Positions 5,153 to 11,349 of a stretch of 16,485 bases of DNA are shown here, piece by piece. Positions within the stretch are counted from its first letter, which is position 1; the number at the start of each line of letters is the position of its first letter. The position numbers and the translations under genes are program-made. The stretch lies in the IMG/VR virus record IMGVR_UViG_3300029352_000013, positions 1-16,485 of that record; one strand, 5' to 3'. The DNA comes from a virus. The notes under the pieces were generated by a model, which saw nothing but the letters and a program-made list of their open reading frames with translations, was not told the origin of the DNA and searched no databases.

Positions 5153-5215
5153 TTTCTGATTTCTGCAAACCCTTTAACCTCTCCTAATTTCTACAACTGT
5201 TTCTGATTTCTGCAA
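5153..5215 (+). repeat. two 16-nt direct repeats TTTCTGATTTCTGCAA 47 bp apart, plus a degenerate middle copy
   Basis: Identical 16-mers at 5153-5168 and 5200-5215. ATTTCTACAA at 5187-5196. Each 16-mer is itself TTTCTG-n-TTTCTG. Confidence 0.85.
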
Positions 5216-5225
5216 CAGTAAAAAG

Positions 5226-5242
5226 CCCCAACCGACAATTTT
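5226..5242 (+). promoter_or_regulatory. copy 2 of the CCCCAACCGACAATTTT motif, upstream of the 5311 gene
   Basis: 17/17 identical to 3547-3563. TCATACAAAC recurs at 5280-5289 after a 37-nt insertion relative to copy 1. Confidence 0.5.
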
Positions 5243-5310
5243 AAGAGCTGGGTGACAGAGAGTCACTTACCTACGATCTTCATACAAACTGGAAACGAGA
5301 GGAGAAAAGC

Positions 5311-5526
5311 ATGTTTTATATCAAAACCGAGCTTTCTGAAGGAGTCACCCTTCGGAGTGAGATCACCGACGAGAATGTGTTTACCATGTGCCCCGGCTGT
5401 GGCTGTGAGCATCAGGTTAACCTTGCGGACGTCGTGGATGCCGATGATGGCCTTGATCTCTACGGCACTGTCGTTCTCTGCGCTGAGTGCTCTGCCAAGC
5501 GACTGGCCGAGCGGGAGGAGGAGTAA
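5311..5526 (+). CDS. 71-aa zinc-ribbon-like hypothetical protein
   Basis: GAGAGGAG RBS. Two Cys pairs (CPGCGC and CAEC) about 35 aa apart. Confidence 0.7.
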   Translation: MFYIKTELSEGVTLRSEITDENVFTMCPGCGCEHQVNLADVVDADDGLDLYGTVVLCAECSAKRLAEREEE

Positions 5527-5528
5527 AT

Positions 5529-5744
5529 ATGCCTCTTCCGAGGATGAGAAGCGCCAGGAAGGCGGCTGCCGAAATCAAGATGCAAGACCCTGGGACCTGC
5601 ATCACGGAAAGTGCTATCCGCCGTGCTATGAAGCGTGGGGAGATCAGGTGGGTGCCCAACGAATCCAAGGCGCTAGTGGACTTGGACGAAGTGCTGGAGT
5701 ATTTTTCCCGCCGGGATGGTAGAAGCAATGAAGAAGGCTGTTAA
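5529..5744 (+). CDS. small excisionase/MerR-type HTH DNA-binding protein
   Basis: Internal ATG at 5529 of ORF-track 5487..5744, with GGAGGAGGAG upstream. ITESAIRRAMKRGEIRWVPNESKALVDLDEVLEYF resembles excisionase-family HTH_17 proteins. Confidence 0.6.
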   Translation: MPLPRMRSARKAAAEIKMQDPGTCITESAIRRAMKRGEIRWVPNESKALVDLDEVLEYFSRRDGRSNEEGC

Positions 5745-5991
5745 TTGCATGGCTTTCTTCCTCGCTCTCCTGGCGGCCCTGTGTGCCGAGAATATCCCGC
5801 TCGCTCTGGGGCTGACCGGAGCGGCAGGCCTGACACTGACAACCTCCCAAACTCCCAAGCGTTTGGGAATTTGGGCAAAAAAGAGAGCCGCTTCCAGTGC
5901 TGTGAACACTGAAAGCGGCAAAGTGGAAAACCCATGCAGTGAATTTATCCATCCCTATTTTAAGGGATCTGAAGGAGAAAAACAAGTATGA
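5728..5991 (+). CDS. small hypothetical protein with an N-terminal hydrophobic helix; start uncertain (5716, 5728 or 5749)
   Basis: Frame of ORF-track 5716..5991. Hydrophobic AFFLALLAALCAENIPLALGLTGAAGL. Its stop overlaps the next start (ATGA at 5988-5991), suggesting translational coupling. RBSs are weak. Confidence 0.45.
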   Translation: MKKAVNCMAFFLALLAALCAENIPLALGLTGAAGLTLTTSQTPKRLGIWAKKRAASSAVNTESGKVENPCSEFIHPYFKGSEGEKQV

Positions 5992-6191
5992 ATTGCAGTT
6001 TGGACCTTGATTTGTGTCCCTCTGTGGCCGAAGTAGAAATGGCGGTGCAAACGTTCAAGGCTAAAATCGTTCGGTTATCTCCCGGCTTCCAGTGTGGAGA
6101 CATGAGGGGGGAAACGCTTCTGCGTTGTGCTCTTGCCGCCGTTTGGCGGGCGGGCCGGGAGTTTCAGGCCAAGAAAGGGGTGAGGGTATGA
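5988..6191 (+). CDS. 67-aa hypothetical early protein
   Basis: GAAGGAGAAAAA RBS. ATGA overlaps at both ends. Confidence 0.55.
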   Translation: MNCSLDLDLCPSVAEVEMAVQTFKAKIVRLSPGFQCGDMRGETLLRCALAAVWRAGREFQAKKGVRV

Positions 6192-6502
6192 ATCTTCCTT
6201 TTAAGTTCCCCGTCTCGCTGGAGGAGTTCATGGCCTACCAAGCGAACCTTGTGGGGCGTAAACTGCCAAGGAGCACGAAAAATCTTGTCGGGAAGTGGCT
6301 CCCCACTATCAACAACGCTTATGAAGCTGGACTGAAATCTGACTTTGCTGATATTAAGCTGTCCATGGACTTCGTGGACGGGCTTATCGAAAGCAACCTC
6401 GGGAAGCAGGCGTATGTCGGCTTTATGGAGGGGATCCGCTGTTGGATTGCTATTGCTTGGGATCACGGTCAGCGTGACGCTGGAAAGAAGGCGGAAAAAT
6501 GA
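6188..6502 (+). CDS. 104-aa hypothetical early protein
   Basis: Internal ATG at 6188 of ORF-track 6092..6502 (MNLPFKFPVSLEEF...). GGGGTGAGGG lies upstream. ATGA coupling with the neighbours. Confidence 0.65.
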   Translation: MNLPFKFPVSLEEFMAYQANLVGRKLPRSTKNLVGKWLPTINNAYEAGLKSDFADIKLSMDFVDGLIESNLGKQAYVGFMEGIRCWIAIAWDHGQRDAGKKAEK

Positions 6503-6807
6503 AAAGCAAAAAAATTTATGATCTTCCGCCTAAAATCATTGACGCTATTACGGGAGCGCTTGGGGAAGAGATGGCAGATCCTTTGATTCAGCTTTTGCGT
6601 AGTTTCTACAACGACGGAGTGGCAGGAATCAACAAAGAGGATCATTTGAGGGATTTCGAGGTTGCGTCGGAGCAATGGTGTGAGTTTAAGGGAAAGCAGC
6701 ATATGACGCACGAAGAGGTTAAATTGTTGGGCCTTCTGCTCAAATGGGAACGTCTCTGCTGGGAACAGGGGCGGCTGGACGCAACGAAAGGAGCGATGAA
6801 ACTTTGA
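6499..6807 (+). CDS. 102-aa hypothetical early protein
   Basis: ORF-track entry. ATGA overlap with the upstream gene. GAAGGCGGA RBS. Confidence 0.7.
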   Translation: MKSKKIYDLPPKIIDAITGALGEEMADPLIQLLRSFYNDGVAGINKEDHLRDFEVASEQWCEFKGKQHMTHEEVKLLGLLLKWERLCWEQGRLDATKGAMKL

Positions 6808-7097
6808 ACAAGGAATTTTTGGAACGTCTGTATTGGGCGTGTGCGGACGAGAGCAACGTTAAGGCGGACGGCACGAAACTGGCGGAGTTCTATGAGAGGA
6901 TTGAAGAGGCCGAAAATGTTTCTGAATGTTTTTCTAAGAAAGTGTATGCCTTGAATCTGACGGTAGATGAAAAGGACCTCCTGGAAACCATCGGTGGTGA
7001 ATTTGCTCTCGTTTATGAAAAGCAGGGTTTCATCAACGGTTTCCGCCTGGGCATGAAGCTGGCCAGGGAGCTGGGGGAGGAGGTGGCGGGCGCATGA
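6804..7097 (+). CDS. 97-aa hypothetical early protein (probable TTG start)
   Basis: Frame of ORF-track 6744..7097. The TTG at 6804 overlaps the upstream stop (TTGA), with AAAGGAG 10 nt upstream. The ATG at 6744 would overlap the upstream gene by 64 nt. Confidence 0.55.
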   Translation: MNKEFLERLYWACADESNVKADGTKLAEFYERIEEAENVSECFSKKVYALNLTVDEKDLLETIGGEFALVYEKQGFINGFRLGMKLARELGEEVAGA

Positions 7098-7318
7098 ATA
7101 TTGACAAGCTCATGAAAGACATTCAGAAGGTTAAGCCTGGACGGCACGGCTGTAAGCTCGGAGAGCTTTCCGATATCTGCGGCGCCTCTGGTGGATATGG
7201 GTTGAAAGCTGCGGCCAACTGCTTCCTTTTCGGGTTTATCCAGGGCCGGAAAGCAGAGCGGGCGGAGGCTAGGCGGGAAAAAAGACAGGCGGAGTACCAG
7301 AGGCATGAGCAGGATTGA
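7094..7318 (+). CDS. 74-aa hypothetical early protein with a basic C-terminus
   Basis: GGAGGAGG RBS. ATGA overlap with the upstream gene. Confidence 0.6.
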   Translation: MNIDKLMKDIQKVKPGRHGCKLGELSDICGASGGYGLKAAANCFLFGFIQGRKAERAEARREKRQAEYQRHEQD

Positions 7319-7943
7319 TCCTACTGCCTTTCAGCGGGTCAAGGAAGCCGTGGATATCTCGGAGGTAGCCCGGCACTTTGGCCTTGAGCCTGACCGGCGG
7401 GGCTGGTGTTGCTGTCCGTTTCATGGGGAGAAAACCCCGTCGTTTCACCTGTACCAACAGCGGTATCACTGTTTTGGATGTGATGCCCACGGGGACGTTA
7501 TGGATCTTGTAGCGGCGCTTCTGGACGTTCCGTTGCTGGAGGCCGCCAAGGAGATCAATGAGGTGTTTCACCTTGGGATAGACCTTGGCGCCCCAGCGGA
7601 CCCGGTGGCGGTGGCTATGGCTGAGGCCGAGCGGGAGAGGAAGCGCCAGTTTCAGGCGTGGCGGAAAGACGCCCTCTTAGTGCTGACACGTCGTTTCCGG
7701 GCCCTGTGGCTTATGGTCAAGGTGGGTGGGGCACTGGCTGTTCCCGGCTCCATACCAGACACCTACGCCAACGCCCTGCGGGAAATCGAGACGATAGGAT
7801 ATTACCTGGACCTCCTCACCTTTGAGGAAGACGAAGCGCTGTGGGAGGCTATGCCAGCCATCAATGGGGCCGTGGGCAGAGCGAAGGAGGAAAAATGTGA
7901 CGTTAAAAAACCTGAGAAAGGCCACGGGCAAGCGGCTGGATAG
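7305..7943 (+). CDS. CHC2 zinc-finger protein (DnaG-primase N-terminal-like), with no recognisable catalytic domain
   Basis: Motif CCCPFHGEKTPSFHLYQQRYHCFGCDAHGDVMDL, which matches the zf-CHC2 pattern C-x-H ... C-x2-C. The remainder is helical with no TOPRIM motif visible. Confidence 0.85.
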   Translation: MSRIDPTAFQRVKEAVDISEVARHFGLEPDRRGWCCCPFHGEKTPSFHLYQQRYHCFGCDAHGDVMDLVAALLDVPLLEAAKEINEVFHLGIDLGAPADPVAVAMAEAERERKRQFQAWRKDALLVLTRRFRALWLMVKVGGALAVPGSIPDTYANALREIETIGYYLDLLTFEEDEALWEAMPAINGAVGRAKEEKCDVKKPEKGHGQAAG

Positions 7944-7961
7944 GGTCTGGAGGGTAAATAT

Positions 7962-8618
7962 GTGATTGGAGACAACTGGGGGTTTATCTCGCTCCATCGG
8001 TCTATCCTGAGCTGGGAATGGTATGACGATATCAACGTCTGCCGCCTTTTTATCCATCTGCTTTTGACCGTCGAATATCAAGATCACAAGATCCGAGGGA
8101 TGGTCATAAAAAGAGGACAAAGGCTGTGTAGCGTTAAAAAACTGGCGTTGGAAACCGGTCTTTCATACCAGCAGACGAGGACGGCGTTAGAGCGTTTGAA
8201 ATTAACGAACACCATAACGAGCACTTCGTTCCCTAAAGGCACTGTAATTACAGTGAAAAATTACGCCGAGTACCAAGCGGCAACGAACAAGACAACACCT
8301 AAACAACAACAAAATAACGAACCTTCCTTATTTAATAATAAAGAAATAATAGAGGGGACGTCTACGACGTCTCCTCCCGCTCGTAAAAAGTTTGTTCCTC
8401 CCACCCTGAAAGAGGTTTCCGCCTATTGCCTGGAGAAGCATTATCATGTGGACCCAGAGCTGTTCGTGGATCATTACGAGGCCAACGGCTGGAAGCAGGG
8501 GCGGGGAAAGCCTATTGTGGATTGGAAAGCGGCGGTAAGGACTTGGGAGAGGCGGGACCGGTCCTGTTCCCCGGAACGCACCAAGGAGGATGACGGCTAT
8601 GGGCCGACTCTGCTTTAA
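7962..8618 (+). CDS. phage replisome organiser / replication initiation protein
   Basis: GTG start with GGAGGG upstream. N-terminal winged-helix-like WGFISLHRSILSWEWYDD...KKLALETGLSYQQTRTALERLK. Low-complexity linker. The C-terminal PTLKEVSAYCLE...YEANGWKQGRGKPIVDWKAAVRTWERRD is typical of the conserved phage C-terminal domain of such proteins. Confidence 0.8.
   Translation: MIGDNWGFISLHRSILSWEWYDDINVCRLFIHLLLTVEYQDHKIRGMVIKRGQRLCSVKKLALETGLSYQQTRTALERLKLTNTITSTSFPKGTVITVKNYAEYQAATNKTTPKQQQNNEPSLFNNKEIIEGTSTTSPPARKKFVPPTLKEVSAYCLEKHYHVDPELFVDHYEANGWKQGRGKPIVDWKAAVRTWERRDRSCSPERTKEDDGYGPTLL
8203..8372. other. candidate replication origin inside the organiser gene (iteron-like repeats plus an AT-rich patch)
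   Basis: TAACGAAC at 8203 and 8315, TAACGAGC at 8215, CAACGAAC at 8281. AT-rich 8299-8352. Tandem GACGTCT-AC-GACGTCT at 8357-8372. Confidence 0.3.
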
Positions 8619-9918
8619 TGACGTCCTTCTCTGTGAGCCCCGGATGATCGACCCGAGCATGAGCACCGGCCTTTGGTGGTGTCAGTCTCCAGAGGATGTG
8701 CAGGCCGTCGGTGTCAACGCCGTCTGTCTCTCAGTGACAGGGCGGTGGGAGGACGTGAAGAACTGCGGGGATTGGCTCTCCCAGTTTCCCTTCGTGTTCG
8801 TGGCCTCCCCGGACCGGGAGCTGGTGGAGCAGGTGCGGCGCCATGTCCGGGGCCTGCCGGTGCTCTCCCCACGGGAGGGGGCTTTTGGGGGCTATCCCTC
8901 CATTACGGCTTTCCTGGAAGCCCATCTGCCAAGCGAGATCAATGGCATCTTGTACGGGGCGGTGATGGAGCCCTCTTACGGGCTTCTGGAGCTGGCCCGG
9001 GTCTCGGTCCTGGATGAGCGGGAGGTCCCCCGCACGCTCTCCGGCCTGCCGGTGCTGGACAAGCTCACCGGCGGTTTCCGTTCCGGGGAATTGTCTGTCT
9101 GGACGGGCAAGCGGGGGGAGGGAAAGTCCACCCTCCTGAGCCAGATCCTTCTGGAGGCCATCGACCAAGGGCACAAGGTCTGCGCCTACTCCGGGGAACT
9201 GCCCGCCGGGCAGTTCAAGGCCTGGGCCCTGGTCCAAGCGGTGGGGCCAGGACACCTGGATCTGTTCCAGGACCCGGAGGTGGGGGAGCAGATAAGCTGT
9301 GCCCAGCCCATGGCCGCCCGGCGGGTGGACGAGTGGTGGGCCGGGCGGTATTACCTCAACGATATTCGGGACGGCTCTGCCCACGATGAGGACCGAATCC
9401 TGGATGAGTTTACTTATGCAAATCGTGTTCTTGGCTGTGACGTGTTCCTGGTGGACAACATCATGACCACCCGCCTTTCAGGGGACCGGGATTTCTACCG
9501 GGCTCAGTCCATGTTCACCCAGCGGTTGACCCGATTTGCCAAAGCCCAAGGGGTCCACGTCCACTTGGTGGCACATCCCCGGAAGACCCAGCAGGGCAAG
9601 CCGGTGACGGACGGGGACGATATTTCCGGCTCCGGTGATATCGCAAACCTTGCGGATAACGTGTTTTCTGTGCGGCGGCTCTCCGACGAGGAGGCCGAGA
9701 ACGAGGGCTGTTCCTCGCTGGTCTACGTGATGAAGGTCCGCAACCGGGGGAAGCGGGGCAAGGTCGGGTTAGAGTTCGATTCGGATTCGTGCCGGTTTTA
9801 CCCACCGGGGAAGGGGCCGTCTAAGGCCTACGGCTGGGAGCGGATGGGTGAGCAAACGACTTTAGTGGACCTGGGAGACGCCCCGGTCCCATTTGAGGAG
9901 AGTGGCGGCAATGTATAG
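8599..9918 (+). CDS. DnaB-like / RecA-fold replicative helicase
   Basis: ATG at 8599 with AAGGAGG 9 nt upstream (ORF-track start 8590 overlaps the RBS). Walker A GKRGEGKST. Walker B VFLVDNIMT. HLVAHPRK and SGSGDIANLADNVF are typical of the DnaB C-terminal domain. Confidence 0.88.
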   Translation: MGRLCFNDVLLCEPRMIDPSMSTGLWWCQSPEDVQAVGVNAVCLSVTGRWEDVKNCGDWLSQFPFVFVASPDRELVEQVRRHVRGLPVLSPREGAFGGYPSITAFLEAHLPSEINGILYGAVMEPSYGLLELARVSVLDEREVPRTLSGLPVLDKLTGGFRSGELSVWTGKRGEGKSTLLSQILLEAIDQGHKVCAYSGELPAGQFKAWALVQAVGPGHLDLFQDPEVGEQISCAQPMAARRVDEWWAGRYYLNDIRDGSAHDEDRILDEFTYANRVLGCDVFLVDNIMTTRLSGDRDFYRAQSMFTQRLTRFAKAQGVHVHLVAHPRKTQQGKPVTDGDDISGSGDIANLADNVFSVRRLSDEEAENEGCSSLVYVMKVRNRGKRGKVGLEFDSDSCRFYPPGKGPSKAYGWERMGEQTTLVDLGDAPVPFEESGGNV

Positions 9919-10075
9919 GGGCGACATGGACTATGAATGCCGGGAGTGCGTTTGTAGGCTTTGCGGGCTTTTCATGACCAAGGATTGTCTGGAGGATGCC
10001 GATATGTGTAATCGTTGCGATAACGAAAGGCACACAGTATCGTGCCCCTGGCACACGGAGGAGGATTGCAGATGA
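9911..10075 (+). CDS. 54-aa Cys-rich (9 Cys) mini-protein
   Basis: Internal ATG at 9911 of ORF-track 9893..10075, overlapping the helicase stop. Translates MYRGDMDYECRECVCRLCGLFMTKDCLEDADMCNRCDNERHTVSCPWHTEEDCR. Confidence 0.55.
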   Translation: MYRGDMDYECRECVCRLCGLFMTKDCLEDADMCNRCDNERHTVSCPWHTEEDCR

Positions 10076-10236
10076 ATGAAATGGAGATGCGAGAGCTGGT
10101 GCTTCGCTTGTTCCAGAAGGAAAGGCGCATTTGGGAGCTCATGGCCTCGGAAGGCAATGAGACGGCCAAAGGGCACTTGGAGAAAGTCGTGGAGGCAGAG
10201 GCGCTTTTTCGGGAGGGGTTTCATGGTGACGAATAG
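10072..10236 (+). CDS. 54-aa helical hypothetical protein
   Basis: ATG at 10072 with GGAGGAGGA upstream. ATGA overlap with the upstream gene. Confidence 0.55.
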   Translation: MNEMEMRELVLRLFQKERRIWELMASEGNETAKGHLEKVVEAEALFREGFHGDE

Positions 10237-10447
10237 ACCGGCTTCCACGGCTCAACTATGCTGGAGCTGTCAGAACGCTGTACCGACTGAGGATGGGCGT
10301 CGTGGATGTGAATGGTCTCTTGATTTCAGACCCGTTCCTGGCTGGACGGCAGAGAGGGTAGGCAAGTCGGTGATAGGCAAGACCTGGAGTGTCAAGGCTT
10401 GTCCGAAGTACATACCTGATCGGCCGAGGAAGGAGTGGCCATACTGA
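10223..10447 (+). CDS. 74-aa Cys-containing hypothetical protein (CxxC...C...C)
   Basis: Internal ATG at 10223 of ORF-track 10076..10447, with GGGAGGGG upstream. Translates MVTNRPASTAQLCWSCQNAVPTEDGRRGCEWSLDF... Confidence 0.6.
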   Translation: MVTNRPASTAQLCWSCQNAVPTEDGRRGCEWSLDFRPVPGWTAERVGKSVIGKTWSVKACPKYIPDRPRKEWPY

Positions 10448-10887
10448 TGGACTGGAAGCGAGAAGCGATTGACATGTTAAAAAACTACCCGGCCCAGCGG
10501 ATGAGCCTTGCTACGCTGCCTGGGGAGTTGGAGAGGTTGGAGTTAGAAAGATCAGCCTTGCGAAGCTCCTTGGGGGAGGGTGAACATGTCACTGGCGGCG
10601 GCGGTGAAGTTGGGGACAAACTCCTATCCAACATTGTTAAACGGGACGAGATCAAAAAGAACTTGGAGCTTGCCCAGCGGCGGGTGAGGATGGTGGAAAA
10701 AGGGCTCTCTGTGCTGGACGAAGAGGAGCGCAGGATCTTGGAATTAATGTTCATCCACCGTGGAAAGGGGAACGTGGAACGTTTATGCGAAGAGCTGAAC
10801 ATCGAGAACCCTCCAGGTGTCTACAAGCGCAAGGATAGGGCGTTGCGCAAATTTACGCTTGCCATGTATGGGGTAACTGAGAGCTAG
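10447..10887 (+). CDS. sigma-70 region-4-like HTH protein, probable late-gene transcriptional activator (RinA/ArpU-like role)
   Basis: The ATG at 10447 overlaps the upstream stop (TGATG). The C-terminal LDEEERRILELMFI..GNVERLCEELNIE..VYKRKDRALRKFTLAMYG resembles a sigma region 4 HTH. Positioned just before the packaging genes. Confidence 0.7.
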   Translation: MDWKREAIDMLKNYPAQRMSLATLPGELERLELERSALRSSLGEGEHVTGGGGEVGDKLLSNIVKRDEIKKNLELAQRRVRMVEKGLSVLDEEERRILELMFIHRGKGNVERLCEELNIENPPGVYKRKDRALRKFTLAMYGVTES

Positions 10888-10930
10888 GAGAATTTCAGGA
10901 GACGATTTTCCAGAAAAACCGTGATATGCT

Positions 10931-11297
10931 CTAACCATGGAAGTGGGCCAAGGTAAGGCCCCTTCCGGCCTTTCTGTCGCCCGGCACCGTGGCGGCATGA
11001 GTAACGGGCGCCTCCTTTCCTACCAGCCCGGCGGGGTGCCAGCCTCGTCGGGCCCCATGCCCAGGCTGTCCGCATGAGGACGGCAGGGGCCGTTTCCGTT
11101 TCCTTCACCCGAAAGGGGGAGGGCCACGGCAAGCAGGAAAAGCCGTTGAGCCTGCAACGTACCCCGAAGAGGGGTATATGTCACTCTTGGCCGCACGAGG
11201 CTGATGGTGGCTCCAATGATCTGAGAGGTGACGCAAGGCGGGGTATTCTCCCGCTGCCTCTCAGATCCAACGAAAGCCCCTGCGATAGTGTGGAACT
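10931..11297. ncRNA. candidate structured RNA or long structured leader of unknown class (strand unresolved)
   Basis: About 370-400 nt with no credible ORF, GC-rich. Nested hairpins at 10955-10972, 10978-11010, 11040-11068, 11089-11130 (GAAA tetraloop), 11160-11176 and 11218-11267 (11-bp perfect stem with a nested 5-6 bp stem). Confidence 0.3.
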
Positions 11298-11304
11298 AAA
11301 AAAG

Positions 11305-11336
11305 ACCGCCGGGGGATATATAAATCCTCCGGCGGT
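11305..11336 (-). terminator. rho-independent terminator of the reverse-oriented zinc-ribbon gene
   Basis: 12-bp stem ACCGCCGGGGGA / TCCTCCGGCGGT with an 8-nt loop. On the minus strand it is followed by CTTTTTTAG. Confidence 0.7.
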
Positions 11337-11349
11337 AGTGTTTATGAGA

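Noticed and set aside
5034-5160. An in-frame open extension of 41 codons follows the TGA stop of the antirepressor gene (..FQKWEEALKRFKSLVNDIDLPVKISKVEKVF). This could indicate stop-codon read-through or TGA recoding.
   Set aside because: Forty-one stop-free codons occur by chance about 14 percent of the time. TGA clearly functions as a stop in many other genes in the window. No ATG/GTG plus RBS is present for an independent ORF. At most it is a decayed C-terminal remnant.
5153-5215. Whether the direct repeats could be a minimal CRISPR array.
   Set aside because: There are only two exact 16-nt copies plus a degenerate one. That is far shorter than CRISPR repeats, and there are no cas genes or a leader. 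They fit protein-binding iterons better.
8673-9805. Alternative-frame ORFs inside the helicase gene (8673-9017 +, 8731-9384 -, 9515-9805 -).
   Set aside because: The translations are Gly/Pro/Arg-rich, as expected of off-frame GC-rich sequence. The helicase frame carries the Walker motifs.
11199-11230. Hammerhead-like strings CTGATGG and CTGAGAG near GAAA elements in the structured region.
   Set aside because: Neither matches the invariant CUGANGA core (the last or penultimate position is wrong). I could not assemble the three-helix junction.
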